In this document: positions 9,323 through 18,159 of the stretch, piece after piece
Layout: every line of letters starts with the position of its first letter
Numbering within the stretch: position 1 is the stretch's first letter
Source: a virus
Taxonomy: Duplodnaviria > Caudoviricetes
Direction: 5' to 3' (one strand)
Length of the DNA stretch: 54,626 nucleotides
IMG/VR virus record: IMGVR_UViG_3300014155_000001
Location: 1-54,626 of that record
Program-made: the position numbers and the translations under genes
Notes under the pieces: generated by a model
What the model saw: only the letters and a program-made list of their open reading frames with translations
Database searches by the model: none
What the model was told of the DNA's origin: nothing

Positions 9323-9350
9323 ACGTTGCACGGGTGATGGTGAGATTCAA
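9323..9350 (-). promoter_or_regulatory. Putative promoter TTGAAT-N16-CAACGT
   Basis: Same spacing as the portal promoter; ATG 7 nt downstream. Confidence 0.5.
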
Positions 9351-9727
9351 GTTTTGGGCGGCAACTTAAAGAGAAAATGGTCCACGCCCTTCTTGGGCGA
9401 TATTTGATGACTGGCAAGGGTATGCGGGTCTGGTTTGGCAAACTTTTCAATAAGTGACACGACACGCTGCCGGAAAGTCCGGCGAGAAAAAATCCCAAAA
9501 AAGGATGGTTGTACGGAAAAACTCAAATGTAAGGCACGGTCTTGGTCGTCGAAATCAACGCTCGCAATCATGCGGATGCCATCGCCGAAATCAAAGACGT
9601 GCTTGCGCAATAAACCGGGACGGGATTCAGGATGCTTGACTATTTCCCTTACATCATAATCCGGTGTGAGCGCGGCAGGGAAACGGGCCATGAGTTGCGC
9701 TTCGGTTTCAGGTTCAAACGGGAGCAT
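9347..9727 (-). CDS. Hypothetical protein
   Basis: ORF in a tightly packed minus-strand operon; start placed at MLPFEP. Confidence 0.6.
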   Translation of the reverse strand: MLPFEPETEAQLMARFPAALTPDYDVREIVKHPESRPGLLRKHVFDFGDGIRMIASVDFDDQDRALHLSFSVQPSFFGIFSRRTFRQRVVSLIEKFAKPDPHTLASHQISPKKGVDHFLFKLPPKT

Positions 9728-9728
9728 A

Positions 9729-10067
9729 TCAATTCTGTTTTGGCGGGGTTGGGAGAATGGCGGTGCCATCGGTCAAGAAATAACTGCCACTTTTGCCGCC
9801 ACAGTTTTGAACGGTCACTTCAACATTCGGGTCGGCGACTTGCGCGGTTTTGACATCGGCAGCGCAACAGTTGGCGCAAATGAATTCGATTTCGGGCCGG
9901 GCGCGTTTTATTTCCCGCTGTTTTGGGCCAAGCCATGTTGGTTGAGCGCAACGGTCGCACGGTGCAAGGATGGCACCCAAGGAAGGCACATATTTTAAGA
10001 CGCCAGCTTTGCGCAGGCTTTCCTCATTGACGGGCATTCCGACCAGCATAGGAAGGGGGTCGTCCAT
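9729..10067 (-). CDS. Hypothetical Zn-finger protein
   Basis: CDRC...ICANC. Confidence 0.6.
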   Translation of the reverse strand: MDDPLPMLVGMPVNEESLRKAGVLKYVPSLGAILAPCDRCAQPTWLGPKQREIKRARPEIEFICANCCAADVKTAQVADPNVEVTVQNCGGKSGSYFLTDGTAILPTPPKQN

Positions 10068-10068
10068 G

Positions 10069-10539
10069 TCAGGGAGCAACGGCAACTTTAACGATGGGGC
10101 GGTCGCATTTTTTACAGATGATAAAGAGAACGCCATATTTATAGAAAACGGAAACGCCGGCTGCCGAATGACAGCGGGATTTAAGGTGTATTTCCGTTAG
10201 CGGCTTTCCGGCACATTCAGGGCCGTGACATTGACAGCCGGCGAGCAATGCTTCGTCCAATTCTTTCCGGGTTAGTGGACGCTTCAAACCAAAAGAGGCC
10301 ACCGGCACGTTGTTATCATCCACGCCGTAAACTTCTTTCTGCCGGGTCGGATCACAGGGCTTGGCCATGCGTGTGCTCTGGACCGGGCTGGCATTGAATT
10401 CCGTGCGGCAGACACCGCACAGGACGTTGCGGGCGATGCCACCGCGCGGCCCATACAAAATCATGGCCGCGCCACAGTCGGGACAAATACCGGACAGAAG
10501 TTTTTCCTGGTCGGTACGGTTAAGGATTTGATTCAGCAT
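10069..10539 (-). CDS. Hypothetical Zn-ribbon protein
   Basis: CPDC..GPRGG..NVLCGVC; second C/H cluster ending CKKC. Confidence 0.65.
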   Translation of the reverse strand: MLNQILNRTDQEKLLSGICPDCGAAMILYGPRGGIARNVLCGVCRTEFNASPVQSTRMAKPCDPTRQKEVYGVDDNNVPVASFGLKRPLTRKELDEALLAGCQCHGPECAGKPLTEIHLKSRCHSAAGVSVFYKYGVLFIICKKCDRPIVKVAVAP

Positions 10540-11120
10540 AAACCGGGCATTTTCAGTTTGGATGTTTCCTCAGTACGCCGGCTGGCGCTGGGGATGTCGA
10601 GGCCCAGCAATTTCTCGGCGAGCAAGATGGCCAAGTGGTCAAGTATGACTTTGCCATTTAGCGAAACAGGAACGCCCGTGGCATACGCGATGCCGGGCAT
10701 GAAGTTGGTATATTTTTGATGTTTGCGCGCGGGTAAATCGCAGTCTGCCGGTTTTTTCAAGGCGAACCAAGTGCGGCAACCGAAGGGCCGGCGTTCGTAA
10801 ACGGAACAAAGCCCAAGTCCTCCGTTGAGCAAAACACACGGGACATTGAGCCGGCGATAGGCAATGGCATCGGGCATTTTCTGATTCAGCAATGACGCGG
10901 TTTGTTCCAACCAAGCGGGAAGTTTGACTTTTAGTTCGGCAATTTGTTCGGGGCGCAGTATTTCAATGATGTGCTGCACTTCGGCTTGAGTGGCATAGAC
11001 GGGTTCGGAACAACAAGCAAAACACCCGGCCACGCAACACGGCTTCATCGCAGGATACTTGACGAAACACCGGGCAACGTATTTGTCGGCGGCAGTATTT
11101 TGAGCGGCGACTTGGTTCAT
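10533..11120 (-). CDS. YkgJ-family (CxxCxxCC) cysteine cluster protein
   Basis: CVAGCFACC...CVLL...CSVYERRPFGCR. Confidence 0.85.
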   Translation of the reverse strand: MNQVAAQNTAADKYVARCFVKYPAMKPCCVAGCFACCSEPVYATQAEVQHIIEILRPEQIAELKVKLPAWLEQTASLLNQKMPDAIAYRRLNVPCVLLNGGLGLCSVYERRPFGCRTWFALKKPADCDLPARKHQKYTNFMPGIAYATGVPVSLNGKVILDHLAILLAEKLLGLDIPSASRRTEETSKLKMPGLC

Positions 11121-11590
11121 GGGGATATTTTGGTGTGCATCCAAAAAGGTTTTTCCTTTGCAACCATCGCCATTGCCTTTTCAAAATCACCTTTGAAAAT
11201 CAGAGGGTAGATTTGGGGCGGGGTGGCGAGGAAAACTAAACCCGTGATGCCGGAAGCCGCGTTGGTGAATTCGGCCATTTTCTTTTCAATCAATGCCTCA
11301 TCGCCAGAGAGTTTGCCGCAAGACCAGGATTTGCGGTCGTCACTTTCCCAAGCTTTGCCGCTGTCGTCGGCATAACAGCGGAAACGACAAATGACGTACC
11401 ATTCGGTCGGGTTGGTTTCGTAGCGCCAACATTGGGCGGTGATGTTGCCACCGTGGGGCCAGTCCCGGCCTTGCGGCACTTTGATAAACCACATGCCCAA
11501 ATAGTAGCGGCCTTCGACGAACACAAAACAAGGTGTGTTCCACGGAAGGTTGCGTGCGTCTTTGACTTGTCTGGCTTCGGCTTCGGTCAT
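11117..11590 (-). CDS. Hypothetical protein
   Basis: 157-aa ORF coupled to the downstream gene. Confidence 0.6.
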   Translation of the reverse strand: MTEAEARQVKDARNLPWNTPCFVFVEGRYYLGMWFIKVPQGRDWPHGGNITAQCWRYETNPTEWYVICRFRCYADDSGKAWESDDRKSWSCGKLSGDEALIEKKMAEFTNAASGITGLVFLATPPQIYPLIFKGDFEKAMAMVAKEKPFWMHTKISP

Positions 11591-11595
11591 GGCAA

Positions 11596-12375
11596 TTAAG
11601 CGCGGGCTTGTGCAGCCGGGACACCATTGGCCGGGACGTGGATTTTCATGGAAACAATGTCGCGCATCTTTTGCAGGGCAGCTTCGACGTTGTTATCAAC
11701 AGTAGAAATGCGGCTGTGCGGCCAAGTCTGCATAGCAGCTTTCCAAGACACGCCGCCAATGGCGTTCTTCATAAAAACGACATAGTCGCAACTCATCGGT
11801 ATGGCGGTTCCCTTATGCGCAATTTCCACACCCCGAAGTTCAACCGGGATTTTGTTCCGTTCCACTTGTTCTTGGAGTTGCGAAAACACCTTCAATTCGA
11901 CATGACAAAACGCTACACGCGGCTTGCGCGGCGTTTCCGGGGGCTTGGGGGTAAGCAAACTGACGGACGGGGCGGCGGTGCGGGCCGTGGCGGGGTGTTG
12001 TTCATTGCCGTTGGCGAACCGCATTTTGTCAACCACTTCACCGAACCGTTTGGTCAACAAGGCCATGAGCGTTGGTGTGTCCAGCCGATTAGATATTTCC
12101 ACCAAGTCAACAGGCTTTTCGACCGGGATTTCAAAAATTTGAGGCGGCGGTGGTTCGGCTTGTGAAGATTTGGCATAGAGTGCGACGATTCTTTCTTTCA
12201 GCAAGGGCACCAGATTGACCGTGGCCAGCGGGCGACGCTGATCGGGGATTAAACATTCTTCCTGAGCTTTGTCCATCAGCACGCCGCAAGGAGCAAACGG
12301 ATTGTGGCTGCGGAGCCGGACAAATGCGATGGCTAAACTTTCGATTTGATCTTCGCCCCAATGTACTCTTTTCAT
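11596..12375 (-). CDS. Hypothetical protein; N-terminal domain paralogous to 13303-13773
   Basis: HW...AQ..L.PD.R N-terminal block; C-terminus loosely DUF2325-like. Confidence 0.65.
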   Translation of the reverse strand: MKRVHWGEDQIESLAIAFVRLRSHNPFAPCGVLMDKAQEECLIPDQRRPLATVNLVPLLKERIVALYAKSSQAEPPPPQIFEIPVEKPVDLVEISNRLDTPTLMALLTKRFGEVVDKMRFANGNEQHPATARTAAPSVSLLTPKPPETPRKPRVAFCHVELKVFSQLQEQVERNKIPVELRGVEIAHKGTAIPMSCDYVVFMKNAIGGVSWKAAMQTWPHSRISTVDNNVEAALQKMRDIVSMKIHVPANGVPAAQARA

Positions 12376-12402
12376 AGTGGTATTTTTAGTGGTGGTTTTA
12401 GT

Positions 12403-12873
12403 TTAAGGAATTGGCGGACGACTTAATGCCGCCAAGGATTGGTAATAAAAGGTGTGCAGAAAACCGAGCGGGAACTTTCTCATTTGCCATGCCCACAGCA
12501 TTCGTCCTGAACGGCCATTGCAGTCGGTAAAGGGGTGTAATAGTTCGTAGGCAATGTGAGTGGCAAAAGCTGAATCCTCAACGCTTTCACAAATAACAAA
12601 GGGCCGTTCCGCGCGGGCAAGCAAGCCGGCAAGCTGTTCGCGGATCATGGGTCCGCCACGCGCGGCAATCCGTCCACCGATGGCAACGTCCAAGCCAACC
12701 TTGTCACGGAGCCGGGCGTCGGGCTGGTAGATTTTGACGAACCGTGTCATGTCTTGCACGGTGATTTTGTCCAGTTCCATGAATTGGTAAAACTCGGAAA
12801 CTTCGGCCTTGTTGGGGGGGCGTAAGATGCCTTCGATTCTGTTGCTCTCGTTGATGAAGGTTTTGGCGTCCAT
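12403..12873 (-). CDS. Fic/Doc family protein
   Basis: ESNRIEG and HPFTDCNGRSGR (Fic motif). Confidence 0.92.
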   Translation of the reverse strand: MDAKTFINESNRIEGILRPPNKAEVSEFYQFMELDKITVQDMTRFVKIYQPDARLRDKVGLDVAIGGRIAARGGPMIREQLAGLLARAERPFVICESVEDSAFATHIAYELLHPFTDCNGRSGRMLWAWQMRKFPLGFLHTFYYQSLAALSRPPIP

Positions 12874-12876
12874 ATT

Positions 12877-13182
12877 TTAATTTTTTCTTTGAATGTCAAA
12901 AGTTGCGCCGACAGTGTCAAGTAGGGCGCGGGTGGTCAGGTTGGCTTGTTCGATTGCGTAAATAAACGGCAAGGCATCGCTCATGGTTTTGAATCCTGTC
13001 TTTTTGGTTTCGTAGGTCAGTACGGTGCTGCCACAAATACCGCACCAAGGGTTCAGCCCGATTTGTTTGGCGACTTCTTTCAATCCGGCAATGGCGTCTG
13101 ATTCGGTCCTGTCCGCCATGTCAAAAGCCGCCGCCAAGACAGCGTGGCGGGCCGGGCACAAAAGTTGGACAAGACAAATCAT
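12877..13182 (-). CDS. Hypothetical protein
   Basis: CPARH...WCGICGS. Confidence 0.6.
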   Translation of the reverse strand: MICLVQLLCPARHAVLAAAFDMADRTESDAIAGLKEVAKQIGLNPWCGICGSTVLTYETKKTGFKTMSDALPFIYAIEQANLTTRALLDTVGATFDIQRKN

Positions 13183-13191
13183 GTGGGGAAT

Positions 13192-13286
13192 AAAAAGAAG
13201 CAGTCAGGTGCGAGGGGCAGGTACTTGAATGGGTATGTCAATCGCCTGCCATTGGAATGAGCGGCACTCGCGGGACTGACTGCTTC
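13192..13286 (-). other. Structured intergenic element / terminator-like branched hairpin
   Basis: 11-bp closing stem GAAGCAGTCAG/CTGACTGCTTC with inner GCGAG/CTCGC and GGCAGG/CCTGCC pairs, followed by a U-tract. Confidence 0.55.
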
Positions 13287-13302
13287 CAAGACGTTCATGG
13301 GT

Positions 13303-13773
13303 TCAAACAAATTTGATGGTGCGAAGATTGAAGCCGCAACCGGGATAAAAATTCTTTGGGGTTATGGCGGAAACATCCGTGCCACAGGCAGGACAAAAAT
13401 TGAGGGCCGTAGTCTGCGTGGTATCGGCGGCGCGTTTAGTGGGCCACCGTTTTAATAAGGCGTTGCGCGCGATTTTGGAACGCTCTTTTTTGGAAAGCAG
13501 TTTTTTCCCGGCTTTGCGCTGTTTTTGGGCAGGCAGTTTTTTCAATTCCGGGTGCGGGCCAGGTTGGGCCTTGCGCCATTCCTTGAACTTGTGAGTTAGT
13601 TGCGTGGGGAAGGAATTGGAAAATTTGTCGTAGCGCCGGTCACTCGGTAAAACCATTTGGGCTTGCGTCCAACATTTTACCATTGGGCCTTCCCAGCCGG
13701 TGCGGAGGATGCGAAGTGCCTCGATAAAGACTTGTTCCAATTCCGATTCCGTCCAATGTTTTCCTGTTTTCAT
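13303..13773 (-). CDS. Hypothetical basic protein with C-terminal Zn-ribbon
   Basis: K-rich middle region; NFCPACG...NFYPGCG. Confidence 0.65.
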   Translation of the reverse strand: MKTGKHWTESELEQVFIEALRILRTGWEGPMVKCWTQAQMVLPSDRRYDKFSNSFPTQLTHKFKEWRKAQPGPHPELKKLPAQKQRKAGKKLLSKKERSKIARNALLKRWPTKRAADTTQTTALNFCPACGTDVSAITPKNFYPGCGFNLRTIKFV

Positions 13774-13863
13774 GTGATGAGTTTAGTTTTGGTTAGTGAG
13801 AAAGCAGCCCGACAAATCTGCCGGTTTTTATGAAAACTGCGAACCTGCGTCTCATGGAGACAG

Positions 13864-13893
13864 ACATTAGGGAATCATGGTGGTGAGCGTCAA
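13864..13893 (-). promoter_or_regulatory. Promoter TTGACG-N18-TAATGT with CTCACCACCATGA box in the spacer
   Basis: The box abuts the -35 element; same arrangement at 14937, 15382 and 21597. Confidence 0.6.
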
Positions 13894-13909
13894 GCACTAT
13901 TTTTGCCCA

Positions 13910-13947
13910 TAAAAACAAGGCGGGCAGGCCGTTTCCAGCCTGCCCGC
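13910..13947 (-). terminator. Rho-independent terminator
   Basis: GCGGGCAGGC/GCCTGCCCGC stem followed by CTTGTTTTT. Confidence 0.8.
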
Positions 13948-13966
13948 TTGGGGACTTGGGGTTTTC

Positions 13967-14680
13967 TCAGGGGTAATAACGCCGGACGCGGTAAAATGCT
14001 TGATTAAACGGGCCGTCAAAATCCGTGAATTGGTTTACGGTGCCAACCGCAATTCCCGGCTGATTAGTCCGTAGGGGTTGCCAAGTCATCCAGTTGGTGG
14101 TCCGTTCGATAATGACGGGATACACAGGGGCAAAGCTGTATTGGCCACTGTCGTTGGTTGAACTTTTGTTGGTGAAACACCAAGTCATCAACTGGCCGTC
14201 TATGCTTACGGTATAGACGCCTTGAGTGCCGTTATCCGAGATTATGTTCAGCGCAAAGCCAGCGGTCGGATCGTCCACGGTGGGATTAAATTGTCCACTT
14301 GTCGCCCACGCCTCATTTGTGTTGTCCATGCCATACAGAAAGGCAAAACAGGCAGGGGAAGTTTCATCTGCGGGTGACGCTTGGACAGGTTCGGATACAA
14401 GCGGCATGAAATCATACGCGCACATGCCCATCGCCACAGTGTACCACACCATTGCTTGGGAAACGGGGTCCATTTCCTGGGTGGTTAATTCCACGCCAAC
14501 AGTGCCGTCGTATTTGGCAGTGTCCTCTGAAATCTTGGGGTGCAAGACTGAGCAAATGAAATAGCCGGCTATGCAGAAGGTGACGATGATTACCACGGCA
14601 CCTACCAGTCCACCGCCTGCTTTGGCGAGAAATGGAATTGCCGAAATTAACACAGTGATTTTTTTTCCAGTTTTTTTCAT
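13967..14680 (-). CDS. Membrane/exported moron protein with Verrucomicrobia-type C-terminal motif
   Basis: N-terminal transmembrane segment; C-terminus ERTTNWMTW...FTD...FYRVR. Confidence 0.7.
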   Translation of the reverse strand: MKKTGKKITVLISAIPFLAKAGGGLVGAVVIIVTFCIAGYFICSVLHPKISEDTAKYDGTVGVELTTQEMDPVSQAMVWYTVAMGMCAYDFMPLVSEPVQASPADETSPACFAFLYGMDNTNEAWATSGQFNPTVDDPTAGFALNIISDNGTQGVYTVSIDGQLMTWCFTNKSSTNDSGQYSFAPVYPVIIERTTNWMTWQPLRTNQPGIAVGTVNQFTDFDGPFNQAFYRVRRYYP

Positions 14681-14686
14681 GGTCGT

Positions 14687-14905
14687 TTACTTGTTGAAAC
14701 CGGGCAGGGAAAGAAATTGGCCGGTTCGGTTGAAGTTGATGATTTGGCAGGTGATGATTGCCGCTACGCTTACGGACAGGGCAATCCAGTAGCCGGTGCG
14801 ATGCCAGTCAAAAAAGAAGCCAATCGTCCGGTGTTGATTGAAAAAGGCTTCACATTTTTCATCCGCCCGCCGAATAATTTTCAGTATCATAATTTTTCCT
14901 TTCAT
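14687..14905 (-). CDS. Small membrane protein
   Basis: One hydrophobic segment; first gene after the promoter at 14937-14966. Confidence 0.55.
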   Translation of the reverse strand: MKGKIMILKIIRRADEKCEAFFNQHRTIGFFFDWHRTGYWIALSVSVAAIITCQIINFNRTGQFLSLPGFNK

Positions 14906-14936
14906 TGGTTGGAACGGGGCTGTCAGGTGTTGACTT

Positions 14937-14966
14937 AATTTAAGTCCTCATGGTGGTGAGTGTCAA
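14937..14966 (-). promoter_or_regulatory. Promoter TTGACA-N18-TAAATT with CTCACCACCATGA box
   Basis: Consensus -35 element with the box in the spacer. Confidence 0.65.
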
Positions 14967-15022
14967 AGTATTTTTTAAGGAAAATGGCATCTGTTTTAAT
15001 TTCATACATTCATGTCTAAATG

Positions 15023-15328
15023 CTAGTCAATGGTATGCCCGTCCGGGCCGATTTCGTAGCTTTTGGCGGGCGCGTCGGTTCGGTCAACCAGCACCGAGAA
15101 ATTTCTTTTTTTCAGGACTTTGGCCAAGTCCACTGCCATCATTTTGGCGCGCAGATAAGCTTCCTGCCGGGTGCCGTTAAAGGGGTCGGACTCTGATCCT
15201 TTTATCAGTTTGCCGGCAATTTTGAGTGTAAATGTAAAGGTCACGACTGATTGTTGGTGAAAAGACGCCGGGGCTACCAACCCCGGCGCGCACGGCCAAC
15301 CTATGCTTTGCGCCGTGCTATTCACCAC
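15023..15328 (-). CDS. Hypothetical protein (start uncertain)
   Basis: ORF downstream of TTGACA (15360-15365) and TAAACT. Confidence 0.4.
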   Translation of the reverse strand: MVNSTAQSIGWPCAPGLVAPASFHQQSVVTFTFTLKIAGKLIKGSESDPFNGTRQEAYLRAKMMAVDLAKVLKKRNFSVLVDRTDAPAKSYEIGPDGHTID

Positions 15329-15381
15329 CAGCAGCAGTTTAAGGCCGGCAGGCCGGGTTTGTCAAACGGTAAAATCGGGCT

Positions 15382-15411
15382 TTGACACCACCACCATGAG
15401 TGGGCTAATAT
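15382..15411 (+). promoter_or_regulatory. Promoter TTGACA-N18-TAATAT with CCACCACCATGA box
   Basis: Consensus -35 element with the box in the spacer. Confidence 0.65.
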
Positions 15412-15422
15412 CGTGCCAAGTT

Positions 15423-15818
15423 ATGAGCGAGCCTACCTTTACCGTTGCGGCGGATGGGAAGTCCATCACCTGCCACAAGTGCGGCAAAACCAGCCACAAC
15501 GCGAATGACGTGGTGTTTCATTATTGCGGGCGGTGCAACTTCTGGCATGACGGGCCGGATTTGTTAAATCCCGGCACGGAAATGGCTTTTATTCAATGCT
15601 CGGAAGCAGTTGCCAGACTGATAAGGCGCGTCATGCCCGACGCGGAATTTTTTCTAACCACGTTTCAAAAGCCGGAAGGCGGAATCGAGGGGGTTCATAA
15701 ATTCGGCGTTTCGGTTATGACCAATTTGAAGCAAGACGAATTGTTGAAACTGTTGAAGGGGATTATTGAACATGCCGAAGCCGGCGACTCGTCCGGGGTA
15801 ATCGTCAGAACCGAATAA
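15423..15818 (+). CDS. Hypothetical Zn-finger protein
   Basis: ITCHKCGKTSHN.ND...YCGRCNFWH; start placed downstream of the promoter. Confidence 0.7.
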   Translation: MSEPTFTVAADGKSITCHKCGKTSHNANDVVFHYCGRCNFWHDGPDLLNPGTEMAFIQCSEAVARLIRRVMPDAEFFLTTFQKPEGGIEGVHKFGVSVMTNLKQDELLKLLKGIIEHAEAGDSSGVIVRTE

Positions 15819-15821
15819 TTT

Positions 15822-16056
15822 TGTGCGGGTTTGATGGAACATTCCGCACAGGCTGGCTCGTCCGCGAGTGCATTACCAACTTATGCACGACACGCGGGCG
15901 GGCCGGCCCTTCATTCTCGGTTCGGGTGCTGCTAGTCACACCCCGGACTGGCTGGCACGGTCAAGGTGCCAAGGCCGGGTCAGTCTTAGGAAAGCTGGCC
16001 CGGCTGAATTTGTCCGGTTCAGTCACTCCCCGGACTGTCTGCGCCTTGTGGCGCGG
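15822..16056 (+). ncRNA. Dense hairpin array, candidate structured RNA
   Basis: At least six consecutive hairpins; G-U pairs work only on the + strand. Confidence 0.45.
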
Positions 16057-16057
16057 C

Positions 16058-16096
16058 AAAAAAAGCGCGCGGTTGCCCTTAGCTGCCGCGCGCTTT
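16058..16096 (-). terminator. Rho-independent terminator (possibly bidirectional)
   Basis: AAAGCGCGCGG/CCGCGCGCTTT stem; U7 tract on the minus strand. Confidence 0.8.
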
Positions 16097-16114
16097 GAAT
16101 TTTCCGCTACCAGT

Positions 16115-16336
16115 TTAATCCGGCAAGCGTGTGTAACCGGGTGGGGTGAAGTGATCCACGATTGTTTTCATAGCCCGAAGTGTTCCTTTTACCGTGGATT
16201 TTTTGGGCGGTCTGCCGCCCTTCTTGGCGTTTTCCCGCGCGGCTTTGATTTTGGCCGGGCTGGTGGATTTGCCGCCCGTCTGTCCGCCGAGCTTGCCCGC
16301 TTGGGCACACGTCATTTTTTTAGGTATGGGTTTCAT
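16115..16336 (-). CDS. Small basic KGG-motif protein
   Basis: AGKLGGQTGG.STSPAK..AARENAKKGGRP. Confidence 0.65.
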   Translation of the reverse strand: MKPIPKKMTCAQAGKLGGQTGGKSTSPAKIKAARENAKKGGRPPKKSTVKGTLRAMKTIVDHFTPPGYTRLPD

Positions 16337-16679
16337 CGGAAATAAAGGTGTCAAGGAAGGTGTCAATTTGGTCTTGGGTTATCACCGCGCCATTGTGCGG
16401 TGCCGTAGCTATAAATTGCCGCTTGAAGTTCTGATAGAACTGCAAGGCCAGTGTGGGCAAAATGTCACAGTGCCCGAAATAATCCGCCAGCATAGCCAGC
16501 GCCAATTGAGCCGGCCCGCTGCCATCATAACCCCATTCAAACCCGTCGGGCGAATGCTTGAAAAGTTTCCAGCTTTGGTCGGGATCAAGCGGCCAAGTCT
16601 GGCGCGTGGCCGCGTTCTGAACCGTAACGATTGGCTCGTCCTGCGGCCCGCGTGAGAGGATGTAACGGAAGGTTTTCAT
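16320..16679 (-). CDS. DUF6166-like protein
   Basis: HSPDGFEWGYDGSGPAQLALAML signature. Confidence 0.8.
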   Translation of the reverse strand: MKTFRYILSRGPQDEPIVTVQNAATRQTWPLDPDQSWKLFKHSPDGFEWGYDGSGPAQLALAMLADYFGHCDILPTLALQFYQNFKRQFIATAPHNGAVITQDQIDTFLDTFISDETHT

Positions 16680-17242
16680 AAATTAGCATGAATGGCGTGT
16701 GCGGTTTGTGCTTCTTTCCGGGTCATCTGGCCACTTCTGATAAGTGACCATTTGTGGCAACTGCATTCCAATTGCGCGTCGTGTAAGCTGTGAATAATCA
16801 GCCGGTGTTTTGGTTCCAAGTCAGCCAGCAACATTTCCAGCAAGGTTTCCGCCGTGGCCGGGTTGCCGATGTGGGCTTCGTCCAGTGCCTTGTTTACCTG
16901 CCGGCGCGTCTCGGCGTCCATGTTCAAGGCCAGTGCCCGGTTGAGCGTGTCCACGGCTCGACATGGCTCGCCGTGTTCAAGGTGTTCAGTGGCCCGTTTG
17001 AGCAACGCGGCCAACTTTGGATTGGTGATTTTATAGGGCGGGAACTTGCCGCGCTTGTTGGCGTAGAGCGTGACTATATCACAAAAAACGCCTAGAAACA
17101 TTCCGTTTCCGAGCTTGAAAAAGCCCGGAACCGTGGAGCTATAACTTTTACGGTGTGGGAAATTGCGGTCAATGAATTCGTCCCGTTGTTCGGTGCCGGC
17201 AAATTCCAGCTTTTCGGTTTTGATTTGTTGTGCTGTTTTCAT
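16676..17242 (-). CDS. Hypothetical protein
   Basis: 188-aa ORF coupled to the DUF6166-like gene. Confidence 0.6.
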   Translation of the reverse strand: MKTAQQIKTEKLEFAGTEQRDEFIDRNFPHRKSYSSTVPGFFKLGNGMFLGVFCDIVTLYANKRGKFPPYKITNPKLAALLKRATEHLEHGEPCRAVDTLNRALALNMDAETRRQVNKALDEAHIGNPATAETLLEMLLADLEPKHRLIIHSLHDAQLECSCHKWSLIRSGQMTRKEAQTAHAIHANL

Positions 17243-17260
17243 GGTCTGGTTTTTAATGGG

Positions 17261-17755
17261 TTAAAGGTCGGACAGTCTGACCACGTTGCGGCTCATCGGT
17301 TCGGGTGCGCCCCAAATGGCCGCATCGTAACCCGGTAGAACTGATATTGAACGACTGCGCAGTGCAGCAATAAAACTCAACGCCTCGCTGGTTTCCCATC
17401 CATCATGCTCGCAAGACTGGTATTCGTAACAAGAGCACGATTTTAAGACCTGCACCGGGTCAATCACTTCAAAAAGCCGTCCAATATCGTGAGGTTCGAC
17501 CAAAAATGTTTCATTGCGTGGCCCTGGCAATCTGGCGCTGCTTTCATTGGGGTAACGTTCGCCAACGCTGATAATGTTCTCGCGCCAAAGCATGTTGGCA
17601 ACCTCGGCGGCGCGCTTGTAATCGCCACCCGGCAACTCGTGGCTTTGCCCATTATGATACCAGCGGAATGTTTCGCCATGTGAACAAATCCGGCGGCTCA
17701 ATGCTGCCGCAATTAAAAATGTGATGTGATGTTTTTCAACGATGTATGCGCTCAT
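17261..17755 (-). CDS. Hypothetical early protein of a type seen in mobile elements
   Basis: MSAYIV...EN..SV.ERY...CYEYQSCE...W..S.A; downstream of the TTGACA (17828-17833)-N17-GATATT promoter. Confidence 0.7.
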   Translation of the reverse strand: MSAYIVEKHHITFLIAAALSRRICSHGETFRWYHNGQSHELPGGDYKRAAEVANMLWRENIISVGERYPNESSARLPGPRNETFLVEPHDIGRLFEVIDPVQVLKSCSCYEYQSCEHDGWETSEALSFIAALRSRSISVLPGYDAAIWGAPEPMSRNVVRLSDL

Positions 17756-17850
17756 TTTGCTAGTCACTTTCCGGGCGGATTGGTTAAACTCCCGCCTTGT
17801 CTTTAATATCCCAAAGCGGTTTGGGTTTGTCAAAGCCTGATTTGATGTAT

Positions 17851-18147
17851 TTGGGCACAATTTGTCACAACCTTTGGCACGGGTTTGGCACGGTTTAGAC
17901 CGATTAGGACAGACTAACGGCGGATTTAAGTTTGCGCGTTAAAGCCGGGTTTGGCTTAATGGTTGCGCGGGTTTGCTTGTTTTTGGCGGTGTTTTCTGTC
18001 TCTTTCTCAAATGCCCGTTTCTGGTTTTCCGCACCATCCGAGACTTGCCTCGCCCAAATTTGGCTTTGCCCTGTCCTTATTGTGCGAATTGAACTATTTT
18101 CAGTTTTCTTCATTTGTGCTCTTGACTTCGTGGCACAGGTTTGGCAA
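17851..18147. other. Putative attP region with integrase arm-type repeats
   Basis: TTTGGCAC-like direct repeats at 17851, 17861, 17873, 17884, 18131 and 18140, upstream of the integrase. Confidence 0.45.
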
Positions 18148-18159
18148 ATTAAAGGCACC

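Noticed and set aside
16015-16045. ZTP (pfl) riboswitch-like CCGGGGAGTGAC on the minus strand
   Set aside because: The matching 5' GTGACTGGCG strand and 3' CGCCTGGGC element are missing, and no gene lies downstream
17932-18159. N-terminal extension of the integrase shown in the ORF track
   Set aside because: A promoter at 18122-18150 and the repeat sites indicate non-coding DNA; the start at 18160 fits better
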